64,000 nt of DNA from assembly GCA_004431415.1 (NCBI GenBank), contig QPMI01000066.1, forward strand, positions 372,001-436,000, read 5' to 3'. The stretch comes from Cyanophora paradoxa CCMP329. Lineage: Eukaryota; Plantae; Glaucophyta. Under the pieces are notes generated by a model, which ran no database searches, was not told the DNA's origin, and saw only the letters and a program-made list of their open reading frames with translations. The position numbers and the translations under genes are program-made. Shown here piece after piece: positions 48,301 to 60,947 of the stretch (position 1 is its first letter; every line of letters begins with the position of its first letter).

Positions 48301-50306
48301 ATCCGGATCCAGACGTGCGCGTCATCGTCGACTTGTCTGAGGAGCTCTCCCGCGGGCGCTCTCGAGCCACCGGTACCGTCAACGCTGAGGTGCTCTTAGT
48401 TAAATACGAACGGATTTCTTATATGTATGATGAGTTTTGTCTGATTTCATTTACTGTAATAGCGCCCGAAGATATCGATGGAGAGTAAACAGGTTCTTGA
48501 CGCTTCAGCACCTGCGGCCGCGCTGTCGGACGCGTTTTCGAAGCCTTGCTCAAGGTAGCTGATTTTAATTTCCCTGTACATACAGCTGATCGTGATTGTT
48601 TAGTCTGAACTGTTTTCGCAGCCCGCCCGCTTCGAATTCGAATTCAAAGCTCCGGTCAGCAAGCTCGGGCTTGGGCTTGGGTAACATTACTATATCGGTC
48701 GGCCCTGCAAGCTCCCAAACAAATGCATCGGCCGGCGCCGCAACCCAGGTGACTCCAGCTTGAATATTCCCCGCGATCGACATCACATTCGAATTCTAAT
48801 TTAGCTAACATTTAACTTCAATCCAAACCCTACTGATCATGACTGCATTGCAGACTGAAAGCGAAGTGTACTCAACGAACCCCGACGTCACTACGTTTAC
48901 GTCGGCCAAGCCATCCTCGTCGAGCAAGATCGACCGCAAGGTGTCTTTCATTTGTAATTATATAATGGCCGATCGGCTAAAAGTCAAAACCTTACTTATA
49001 TGATACTTACCTGTAGTAACTGATGATTAGCTATATAGGCTAACTGAATCCAATTTACGCAGACCGGAATCCCCGTGCGCAAGATATCGATAGCGATGGA
49101 CGATGGCGATGTGGATGCACGACTGGAGCCGTCTGTGGAGGCGTCAACATTCCTCACACTTATTCGGTATACGTTGCTGCAGCGCTAGCGCTAGAGCTAG
49201 CCAGCGTTTTAGACACTTGAAGAACCGTTATTCAAAGTAAACCTGCGCATACCCTTAAGCTTGCTAAAACAAATATTAATGCAGTATGTTCACGTCGTCG
49301 ATATCGACGGCACTAAACTCGATGTTGGGTACAGGGAGCCGGAAATGCCAGTTGCAACGAATCCAGCGGTTGCCGAAAGTCTCTCAGAGTCCGCCAATCG
49401 CAAGCCCTCTTTTGCACAGGTACAAAACATTTTCGGCCATTCGCAATCGACATATTCTGAATTTCAATTTAAATAATGAAGGACCGCACGATGCAGGTGG
49501 GGCGAGGAAGCTCAGATACGGAGACGCCTTTGGCGGCGGCGGCCACGGCAGATGCACAGCCGTCCTCAACAAAGGATGCGGCGGGGCGATCGAGCAGAGC
49601 TGGCTCGAGCAGGGCTGGCTCAGATCTAGAGCTGGATCGAGCAGAGACGGAGACGCCTTCAGCGGCAGCGGCAGCTACACAGCCGAGCTCGACGTCGACA
49701 GATCTAAATGATGAGGCAGGGCGATCGAGCAGATGCAGAGCGCCAGCTCCAGCTCTGCCCCCCATCGAGCGCAACGGCCTGCCGCGCGAGTCGCGACGCT
49801 TCAAAGTGGACATCGTCAAGGAAGACTCGAAGGGGAATCAGGAGCTGCTACGGGAGCTCTCGCCTGTGACGGTGATCGAGAATATGGTCCTAGCTATAGC
49901 TATGGCTTACCATACAATGAAGTGACTTCGAAGTGCACTCAGATTCCGCACACCTCGACCCGCGAAGAGAGCGCGACCGCTCTGGACTGGCTGAAAGCAG
50001 AGCTGGTCCAGCAAGCACCCGACGTGCTCGGCGGCAAGGAGTTCCACATCACGTACCTCCACGCCGACGGCGATTACAAGCACCTTTTCCACCCCAGCGG
50101 CTGTAAGTATACAATCTCCAGACACAATATTAATGACCAGATCTAATGGCAGTTCTTGAACTTTGTTTCTGCGCAGGGGATCCCATGTACACGTACGCGA
50201 GTCCTGATTTGCTCTCGCATAATCCCATCCAATGATTTCTCGCAGTTTCGGTGGTCTTGCAAAATTCGAGCAGAGAATTCGTGTCGTTATCTACGTAGAT
50301 GTTTGA
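45375..50306 (+). CDS. Large multi-exon protein with two winged-helix-like segments, long disordered linkers and a C-terminal PB1-like domain
   Basis: YGAIKDIIKHVSASRANPDDGSGVSQAEIMQEF...KRFRRV (45533-45780); FDMVEGIVAELKSPCLEDIEREIT...IRIMIGLELSRGKRLGIFRQMNG (47722-47950); RRFKVDIVKE...WLKAELVQQAPDVLGGKEFHITYLHADGDYKHLF...RIRVVIYVDV*. Could be two genes. Confidence 0.55.
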
Positions 50307-51187
50307 ACGCGGCGGAGACGCCGGCATGCTGGGTTTCCAGCTTTCAATAGGAATATTGCGAGTCTTTCGAATCCAGAACATTCATGTTCATGTACATGGA
50401 CATGCATACGCGATTGGGCCTTGAGGGGCTTAAAACTTTTCCAAACTAAACTCAAAGCTTGAGAATAATTCAGGCCTCAAGGGCGAAGTCCGGGGGCCGT
50501 GAATCTAGATCTAGATATCATGAATTCAAAGGCCTAGTAGCCTAGTAGCCTAGCCTAGCCTATATAGCTAGCAGCGTGACAGCGGAGTAGGGCGGCTGCC
50601 AAACCTCTATATAGATAGTGGGGCAGGGCCTGTCAGCTACCCCCGTCCTTCCACCTCCGCCCCCGGCCCCCCGACACCGGCGGGCCGGCCACCGCACCCT
50701 CCTGCACCCTGAACGGTTTTCTCTCGCAATAAAATCGCTCTCTCACATAATAGCTACCGCGTACGTATACCCTCGCATGTCCATTATCCGCCCTTGTGGC
50801 CCTCCAGCGGGGTTATACGCTGCAGCTGGGCATGCGCGGGCCTGACTCGAATATATTGACAAGCCGCCCGGGGGCTTTCCCAAAAAACCAGATAGTGGGG
50901 CATGCGCAGGGGGCACAACCGCTAGGAGCCCGGAGGAGCCCGGGGGAGCCGCTGACAGTAAGCTGGGCTCCTAGGACTCCGGGAGCGGGAAGTCCAAGTC
51001 CTGAGGGCTGAAGGCCGGCGCCTAGGGGCTAAATTCGAGGGAAAGTAAGCGCCGGCGCACCCCCCCCCCCCCCCCCCCCGCCCCCCGCCCCGCCCCCCTC
51101 CGCTGGCGGCCCGGCCCTACTGGAGGCCCGGCCCTGCTGGCGGCCCGGCCCGGCGGCCCCCCCCCCCCCCCCCCCTCCCTCCTCTCC

Positions 51188-51392
51188 GCGGCCCTGCTGG
51201 CCGCCCGCGTGGCGGAGGCGACGGCGGCGCTGCAGCGGCAGGCGGACGAGGAGCGGGCGGCCCGCCAGCGCGCCGAGCAGCAGCAGTCGCTCTGCGTCGT
51301 CTGCACGGAGCGCCCGCCCTCCGTGCTGCTGCTGCCCTGCCGCCACATGACCGTCTGCGACGGCTGCTACGGCGCGCTGCTCGCCGCCCGCC
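51188..51392 (+). pseudogene. Orphan coiled-coil plus IAP/MDM2-type RING fragment, truncated
   Basis: AEATAALQRQADEERAARQRAEQQQSLCVVCTERPPSVLLLPCRHMTVCDGCYGALL. The final CPxCR pair is absent, no ATG or clean upstream exon is visible, and it is embedded in poly-C. Confidence 0.6.
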
Positions 51393-52272
51393 CGCCGCCG
51401 CCGCCCGCGGCCCGAAGCCCCCCGCGGCCTCCCCCTCCTGCCCCCGACCCCCCCCCCCTCTCCCGCCCCGCCCCACATTCCCGCTTACGTCTGTGGGCCA
51501 GTTCTGTGTCCATGGGCGCTGTTATATATGCCTATGGAGTGTAAGAGATATAGGATGATAGAGAAGACTCGAGATCTAGAGAAGTCGAATTGGTTGAGAG
51601 GGGAAGCGAGACCCGGGACTCCGGGAGGCACGAGCTCGAGATCTAGAGGGGACGTCGACGTCGTAGGAGGCGCCAAGAATTCCCCTCAGGGGCCTGTCCT
51701 CCACTTCACTTGCAATTGCGGTTCGGAGGTGCGCAACGAGCTCGGCGCACGTGTGCGCAGCCATTTCGCCCTCGGAAACGTTCAATCATTCTGCAGTCCA
51801 CTCGGGATTCGCTTCGCCTGACCTGGGCGCCGCTTTGGCAGGGAGAAATCGGCGCCGCGACCGCGAAACGGGGTCGTGCAGGTCTGCGTTGGCGCGCGCG
51901 CGCACCGCTTAAAGCGCAATACCTTGACACGCAATCGCGGGTGCTGCAGCTCTGGTCGCAACGCGCTCGGCGCGCCTGTGCGCGCGTTAGACTCGGGCGA
52001 ATTTTCCCGAGGTGAGTCTTCGCCCGGGTCGATTTTGGCGGCCCCCCAACAACCGATCTTTCACATGCGCACGCGCGCACACGAAATTAGAGCGCCGGCC
52101 AAGCCTGAGCTCGCCGCAACGCGCGATCGAATTGATTCCGACATTTCCCCGTCAAAGGTGCTCGCGAATATTAATCGGAAGAGCCTTGAATTTGTTCATG
52201 GGCGTGGATGCTGCTTCCTGCATTAACGATGCGGAATGTGCAGGCTTGATTTCCAGGAGGCTTCGCGAGACC

Positions 52273-55200
52273 ATGAGCTCGCGATCGGACGCGAGCTTCA
52301 GCATGCGCTCCGGGCAGGCGCAGGTACATATGCATGTACACGTTTAATTTACTAGTTACAAGACCGGGCAATCAAATCCTGTTCAAATTACGCCGCGCGC
52401 AATTTATGCCGGAGTCGCAGCGGGCGACAGGTTCCGCAAAGCGACAGCGGGAGGAAGCTGAAGGCAGCCGCAGCGTCAACGCCTCTGAAATCGATGTGAA
52501 AGTTCGTCAGCTTCGTTCGCAATCGGACACGGAGTCCGACGAATCGGATAAGGAAGTTCCGTCTCAAGCTTTGATGGCAGACCCCGAAACGAGTGAGCAC
52601 TAATATAAACCAATTACGATGAACTTGTTGCGCTCGATTTACGATAACTGATGCGGATTAAATTTGCAGTTGCGGGCGGCGTCCAGGAGGCTGTTGCCAA
52701 ATCCTCCCCGAATCATCGGATCGTGCTTTCCCTTCCTGAGGTCTGCATCCGAGATACTCCTGTCTTCGACCCAATGTTTTATCGAAGTGTTGAATCCCTC
52801 TCTATCGCAGTTCCCGCTGACGCTCCCCAACACCAATTTTCCTCGATTGCGTGCACTCGCAAGTCGCAAACCAGTGCTGGAAATGCGGTGCAATCGGCAG
52901 AAACGATGCTACGAATTTTTCCACACGCCCGCTGGCAATCCAGCGCTGCCGAAAGCAGAGGAAAACCTCGTTGCAACGGTGCGTCCAGTTCTTTACCCAA
53001 GGGTGGATTTTTGTTTGATCTATGGACTTAAGATTACGGCGCTGGACATGGGCAAGCGGTACAGGGACAAGCTGGGCGCTCTTCTGTATTTGACAAAGGC
53101 GATCGATGAGCGAGGCCCCCGAATCTCTGTGCAGTTCCGCCTTGGTCTAGATGACAGCGGCGACATTGTCATTACTGTTGATGTCGGACTCCTGCGCGGC
53201 ATCTTTGAGGATTTTAATACTCCTGCCGTCAACATCAACCCAGACGAAAGGTGCTCTTGGTTGTCCCTTCCATCGTGTCATGCACAATTGATATCTAAAT
53301 CTGCGCGATTGATTGCTGACTGGGCGGTGGCGTGTCGTTTGCAGGCCTGTCTTAATTGAACAACTTCTGCTGTTTCAGATGCTTCGCATCATCGAGCCGC
53401 TGCCGTGGGCGCTGGGACGAGGAACGGCCGCTCCAGAGCTCGAGGCCGAGATCGTGCAGGCCAGCGTCGGCCGTGCACAGATGAGCAGGATCAAGATCGA
53501 GAACATGGAGGACGCCCGCGCGGTCGACCCCGCTTCCGCCCCAGACGCAAATGCATGCCAGTCTTTTTACCGCCTCATCGGGTGAGTGTTAACGTTTGTG
53601 ATGGCAGTCCTCTAAATTCGTGCGACTTATTTATTTTACTATCCAGGAAATATGAGCGTCTGCTGAAGAAGGGATTGCGTGAAGAGCAACAGCCTCCAGG
53701 CATGAGCGAGCGACTGATGCGCTTCCAGCTCCGAGCACTCGCGCACATCTTGGATCAGGTCTGCGATATATATATTTAATCTGCGATTGCGTAAATATTC
53801 TCCCGCTTAACGCCTCACATCGAGCTCGGGCACTTGCGATCGCCTTTGTAGGAGCGAGCATCCATAGGAGCGGACCGACGGCCCGTGGACCCCGGCGTCC
53901 GCGTGTTGGTGTCGTCGTCTTCCGATGCATTTACCATAACGATGCACCCACTCGTAAAACAGGTGCCTGCCGTTGCGGATCTCCGGATCCTTTGCGTTGC
54001 CTTTTTATAATTAATAATAACAAACCGCGAGCGCAGATGGACGATCAAGTGTTCGCTGGACCGGCGATGTTCATCAATCTGTGCACAGCGCAAGTGTACT
54101 TGAAGCCGCCGCAGGCTCCCCGCTTCGCCGTTAGCGGGAGCGCCCTTTGCCTTGAAATGGTGTGCGAAACAAATGTTCCGATTCGCCTCTCGCACTATGA
54201 GTTAATATAAATATTACCGCAGGGGCTTGGAAAGACGGTGCCTCGGTTTAGACCTAATTATAAACCTACTCTCGCACCTGACATCCGCGAAATTGGCTTC
54301 CGCAGCCGATCATGTTGGCCGCCATTCTCGCCAACAGATGCCAGGCTTTCAAGCCGGGCGACGAGGACGAAGACGGGAAGCTCCTCGGCAACACGTTGAT
54401 CCTCTGCCCTGCAATTTTGATGCACCAGTGGCGGATCGAGGTGAGAGACGCCATGATTTCTGGCGGGAATGAGGTCTCAGACGGAGACTCAGGTCGCCAA
54501 GCACACGCCTTCGCTTTCCCAGCGTCTTCTTTTGGTGGAGCCCAACACTTGCGTTGAAAACGTCGAGGTCAGAGCTCGAGGCTGCTATATTTTCAATGAT
54601 CCGCGCTTCGAATTAAATTTGTAAAAGGATCTTTGCAAGCCGGAAATTGTCCTGGTCTCTTTGGAGGCTGTCAGGCGGCAGACGGGTGCGAATCAAAAAC
54701 TCTTCGAGCAGCTCGTGGAAATCCAGTGCGCGCATGGATTGCAATTATAAGTGATTAGCTGTGTTTTCCGATATCTTATCGCCCGTGCAGCTGGTGGAGG
54801 CTTGTTGCAGACGAGGCTCAGCAAGTCGGCACCACGATGAACGTGGTAATTATATTATTATATAAGCATGAAAATTAGAATCTGAAACTGAACCCAAGTT
54901 CTGCAGTTGGTAAAACGCTGTACGGAGCTAACTGCGGATCACCGGTTTGCAATCTGTCATTATATAATTAACAATTGCGAATCAAGCTTTAAGCTCCTTC
55001 GAATTTGAGAATGAATTGTTGCCCAGAAACGTCAACTCACAATTTGCAAATTAATATTGCTGCTCAGAAACGTCATGACTGGAACACCGGTCAACACTTC
55101 TCTCAGTGACATCTTTGGCATCTTGGTGTTCATGCAGCACAACCCGTTCGCTTTTGGAGACTGGTTTGCTTAATTGTTTAATTTATTGTTTAGCGGGCCC

Positions 55201-58200
55201 TACGATTTGTTTATAGCGTATTCCTTGCGGGTCATTGCGCCCGCTGCAGCTGAAATGCATGGCCCCGCGGCAGGTTCAAGGACATTTACCTCGCTCCGTG
55301 CCTGCAGGAAATGAGCTCCAGCCGACGCCTTGGGGCCAATCTCGGGAACGCGGGCAACCAGCAGTCGAACGGCGATGAACTGCAGCTCCAGTGCCATCGA
55401 GCAGCTCAAAGCAACTCGCAATTCACTCCAATGATGCGCTTGGCCGGGTGAGCGCTCTGCAATGAGAAAGCGGTTGCGTTGTCCTATATTATAATTTATA
55501 ACGTATACGTCGCAACCACAGATTTGTAGCATCCTTCATGCACCGGGAGCCCGCCGAGTCATGCTGGAAGGAGGTCAACCTTCTCCCAAGCACCGAAATG
55601 GAAGTGAAGGTGTATACACAGCAAAACCGTTTCGCCTTGTAAAGCCTTCGCAAGCGTTTTCTTTCAGATTGTCCCTGCTCCCCTGGAGAAGCTGGAGTAT
55701 GAGAAGCAGGACTCGATTTTGAGACAAATGGTGCGCGGCTGTTTTAAATTGAATACAGACCGAAGCTCGATCACAAGTCTCTCTCTATTAATATTCAATC
55801 AGATTGAGGAGCGTAAATATCCTGAGTTCACCCCCGCAATTTGCACCAGGATTCGAAAGCTGCGGGAGCTCTCCAGCCACGGGACGGCGTCCCAGCTCAT
55901 GTCTCGGCTGGCCACGTCCGAGTGCCCCCCGCCGCAGCTCAATGAAGTGCACGCGACGCGCACGTACACCAGCCGCGGCCTCGCCGAGCGGGCGGCGCAG
56001 CTCGCGGCGAAGGAGAGCAGCCTGGCCGAGCTCGACTGCCAACTGGCCGGAGTCTCCGTCTCCGCCAACGCAAAGTTCCGCACCGACGACCGGCTCGCCC
56101 GCTCGATCGTGTCCAAGGCCGAGAAATCGATTCTGAAGTTCGCCGGCATCATTCTGCACGACGTCAAGCTCCGCCTGGAGGCCGCTGCAGCCTCTGGATC
56201 CGGACTTGGCTCTGCGCAAGTGCTGAATTCGTCTTTGCAGCTCGACTCCAATTACGACGCTGCCGCTGTAAGTTACTTGAATGATGCTCTTGATATCCTA
56301 TCTGCCGCTTATACATATTATAAATTTGCGCGCAGCTGAACCTGTTGTCGGGAATCGCTCAAGCATTTGCGCCATTCTCCCCTTCGAATGATTTGGACTC
56401 GCAAGTGCAACTTGCTCTGGATGCAGCCGCCTCCGAAGCCCGCGCCTTCGTCGACCAAGTCGCCCAAGCCACCGCGAACGGCGTCGTCCTTCCGCGGGGT
56501 CCCCTCGCCAGCGCCCTCGACAGCTTCGGCGTGCGGGTCCCGGCAGTCGGCGGAGTCTCTCTGCAGAGCATTGGCGCCTCTCCAGAGACTTTGCTGGCTG
56601 CTGCGAAACGCCTCAACGACGGCGCTTCACTGGTATGCAGATTTTGGGTTAACAGCGCTTCTATGAGAGCGCTTAGAATTAATCATAGCTTTGATCTGTC
56701 TGTGAGAGCGCTTATAATTAACTTTATTTCGCATGCCCGCAGCTCTGCAATGCGTCGGTGGCGGCCGTTCTCTCATCCTCCACCCAAGAAAAGATCAGCG
56801 ACCCTTTCATCATCTGGCTCGAAAACGCAGCTCTCAATCTCGCTGGAATCATCGACAACCTTTCGAATTGGTGCTTCGACGTCGGCGTCAACATGCTTTT
56901 TTTCGGATGAATTCGAACGCCCTTTTCAACTAATGAGCGTGCGCTGCCCGGCCCCGCGCGCGACCAGGATTGGCTGCAGCGCTCTGGCAAAGCCCGGCAA
57001 GAAGAAGAAGAAGAAGACTGCGGCCGTCGAGGAGGAGGAGAAAGCCTCGGAAGACGTCGACGCGGAGCCGGTCGACGTCGCGAGGCGCAAGGCCAGGCGC
57101 GCGCGGTCCAGCTCGCGCCCGTTCGAGGACGCGCCGCTGCCGAGACACGAGCTCGCCGACGTGACTTCCTGCTGTTGCTGTTCCACGCCTGGCGCTCTAG
57201 ATCTGCGCGCTTTGAATCCAGAGAGTTGACCGAAGTCGAGCGCAGTGTGCCGACCTGCTGCTCGGGGCGTGCGAGTTGCTTCTCGACGTTCTGGCCGCCG
57301 TGGATTACAGAAGCACGGTAATCTATATGACAGATTACAGATTAAAAATTAAACTCTAGTCTTCTCTTCTAGATCTCTGCATGTGGGGCTAGATTTAACA
57401 TCGCCGTTTGTTTAAGGAACTGGACTCGGTGCGCAAGCACATTAACCGCTGCAAAAAGCTTGCTTTCGAGAAGGTCCGCGAATTTCTCCGAATTTGTAAT
57501 AATATCCGCCTTCCGAATATCTAGATCTAGCTATAACTTGAAATTTTATAATGACGTTATCGAACGGCCGCAGGGCTTCCAGCGCTCGCACGGCATTGAG
57601 AGCTTCGATCTCCCATCAATCTCCTTGGCTCTTCTCGCGCGCGGGGCGATCGACCTGCTGGCCAACGGCGAATTTGACTATGAAAGCCGGCTTCCTTCTT
57701 TCGTTTTTCCAGACAGGTTTGAACTCGGAATCATCGCCATTTCGATTCTGCTGCAACCGTTTTTGAGCGCAATCACAGCTGGGCGCCAGTTCTAAAGACA
57801 AAGGGGGTTCTCGCTCACTTCGCCACGCTTCTCCCTGACGATCCCGTAAGCGCGATAATTGGATATTGCCTTCATACTTTCAAACTTGCTTTTGAAGACC
57901 GTCTCTGCAGATCAGCAGCGTGCTGCGGCTTTGCTCCATCATGTACACTTCGTTTGACATCTCGGGCTCTGCACATACGGGACGCGACGAGGCTGCACGG
58001 GCTTCCCAGCGCCTGTATGCCAGGTGCATTTAACTATATAATCAGCGCGCCTACAACCCGTTGAAGACTCGATTTAGCTATTATATTATTTCCCTCATGC
58101 CGACACAACCCGTACCGAATCGCAGTGCGCTGAAGCGACTCTTCGAACGCGAGAAGCAAAAGTGTGCACACGCAAATTCTCGGCAATTTAAAAACCATAA

Positions 58201-60381
58201 GCCGCCTGATAATGTTTTGTTCTCAGCGTCAAGCTACATTACACGCCCGATCAGCACGAGTGGCTTGAAAGCGCCGCTGAGCGAGCGGAGGCACGTGCAG
58301 TCGACTTGAAATCGAAGATGAACGCCTGGAGCCAGCAAGAGGTCTCCCCTTCGATTTATTTCAAACCAAACACGAACTGAAATTGCGGCCTTTCGAATTC
58401 AGGGACCCCACGCGCACGCGCACGCCTGCAACAAGTGCAAGGAGCCGCTCGACTCGGGATTCCTCGTCCCTTGCTCCCACGTCTACTGCCGCCCCTGCTA
58501 CTTGTCCCTCTCCAACGGGGCGCGCTTCTCCTGCAGGGGCTCCGACTGCCCGACCCACGGCCAGATTCGAACCGGGACTGCGTGCACGTGCACGTGCACG
58601 TCGTTCAGCGTCTCGAGCGTGGAGCGCTTCACCATTATTTCCACGTCCGCAGAGCCGGAGCCGGAGCCGGTCCCCAACCGCGGGCAACGCCCCGTTCGGG
58701 CCCAGTCGCAGCCCCAGCCCCAGGCAACAGCAGCGGCCGCGTCGTCATCTGCAAAGGGAAAGGCCCCCATCTCAGCCAGCAAGCAGCCGCAGGCGGCCGC
58801 GGGGCAGGTCAACGTCGGCGCGAGCAGCGATCCCGCCAGGCAGCAGTTCGAGGCGGTTGCAACCACCTACGGCTCGAAGGTCCGGCTCACTTTAATTTGC
58901 CCGAGCTCCTATTCGGTCCGGAACTGAGTGATGGTAAAAGATCGCCGCTGTGTGCCGTGAGCTTGCATCCATCGCCGAGCGCGGCGAGAAGTGCGTCGTG
59001 TTCGCCGAGGTACGAAATTCGACCTGATTTCCTTCGATTTCCATCACATATAATTACTTTCCAAAATTCGCTTCGATATATATAAATTAAATGCCGGGCG
59101 TGCTCCACTTTGCAGTTCGAGGAGACGCTGAAGCGGCTCATCGAGGCCTGCGCATCCCTGCGGCCCCCAATCAGGTGCGCGCCATTTGTCCGCTACCTAT
59201 ACGCTAGCGCTCTAGATCTCAATCTCTATCTTTCACTCACGATCACGGGTCCATTTATATTCAGATGCGCCCAAGCGTACTGCGGCGTCCTGCACGAGCG
59301 AAGCGCCGAGATCGCGCGGTTCCAGGGGGAGAGCGGCGTCACCGTCTGCGCCCTCCTGACCAAGGTCGGCGCCTGCGGCCTGACCCTCACCGCGGTGCGC
59401 ATGCACCGCAACTTGCGACAATATTTAATGATATTTCCTCGCTCTGAAGGCCAATTATGATCCGCCCGCAGGCTAACAACCTCTTCTTCCTCGAGCCCTG
59501 CATGAATCTGGCTTTGGGTGCGTGAAAGGACAGCGAAATTGTATCATATGTTCTCACAGTAAAAGCCGATCACCATAATTACAACGTGCCGCGCAGTCGA
59601 CCAGGCGAGCCGGCGGATCGTCCGCGTCGGCCAAACGAAGCCCACAGTCATCAAGGTGCGCAGCCCATCGATAAATATCGATGCTCTTTCTTATTATACT
59701 CTTATCTTATTATTTCTTATCTTTAAGCTTTTAAGCTTCCCTTTAAGCTTCTTGTAAGCTTCTTGCTCTTATCGATGCCCTTTAAGCTTCTTTTAAAACA
59801 TAATCTTATCTGAACGATTTCGAAAGCACTTCTACGTCGAAGGGACGCTGGAGGAGGCCTATATGGACATCATGAAGCGGAAGCGCGAGAGCTTCCGCGG
59901 CTCCGGCCCGGGATCAAACGCGGGCGCCCCAGGCTCCTCTTCGTCAAAGCCCGCAGCCGGCGCCCCCAGCTTCACGTTTGGGCCGGCGCACACGGGGGCG
60001 ACCAGCACCGTCATTTCCTACGAGGAGCTCTTCGCACACGTCGCCGTGCGTAACAAAGTTAACGTTGATCGCTCCAATTTAGATTGCCGCGTGGAACTGA
60101 TCGCATTCTGAGTGGAACTCGCAGTGGAAGCACAAGGAAGAGTTCGAGAAGAAGCAGGCGCGCCGGCCGCGCCCTTCGAATCGCGTCGATTTCAGCTAAT
60201 CCGATATCGATGCGTGCCGCAGAGCGCGCAGGAGAAATCGCGCGCGGAGGCCCGGAGCGCCCAGGCCGTGGCGGCCATGGCGACGACGCCACCGAAGAGG
60301 GTGCAGGCCCCGGCACCGACCCCGGCGGCGGCCCCAGCGACGTCGACCTCGACCTCGACCGCGGCTGCAGGCGAGTACTAG
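52273..60381 (+). CDS. SNF2-family helicase/E3 ligase of the RAD5/SHPRH group, with RING inserted before the C-terminal helicase lobe; many exons
   Basis: LMRFQLRALAHILDQ; GSALCLEM|GLGKT|; TLILCPAILMHQWRIE; WWRLVADEAQ; VMTGTP; RING CNKC...PCSHVYCRPC...CRGSDC; YGSK|I; KCVVFAE|F; VGACGLTLTA|ANNLFFLEP; DQASRRIVRVGQTKPTVIK|HFYVEGTLEE. Confidence 0.9.
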
Positions 60382-60947
60382 TTTAGTGCACCGGACTTCA
60401 TATTTGAGATTCCATAGCTACGCTCAAGCTATCGCCACATATGCATTGATTTGCTGACGTATACGTACGCGGTCGCAGAGCTCCAGGCGCCGGCCACTGT
60501 CGCGCAGCCCACCAAGAAAGGGAGGCGAAAGCAGAAATAAGTAATCGTTGCGTGAGTATATAAATATGCGAGTGGAAAGCACTGCAGCTAGCGCTGCTTC
60601 CATTTGTGAATTAATATTCGAGTGGAACAAATTCTGGCATATGCATGCCCACGTGCATGCGCATGCGCACCCCGGCCGTTTATGCTTCGCGACAGTGACA
60701 GTGCTACGTATACCCCATTATTTCTATGCATGTCCAACTTTTTTTATTTATTTATATACTTATTTTTGCTCAGTCAACCCCGATCGCTATGAATCGGATG
60801 TAGATCTCGTCGTGGCACGAGCGATCAACCTCGCTGTGCTCTATATTTTCGGGAATAAATTGAAATACACTGGGTGGTCCAGAAAGTTTCCTTGCTGGGA
60901 GGCAGGTTGTAGCGAAAGCACTAGCTATATATAGTGCTGTGATCTAT

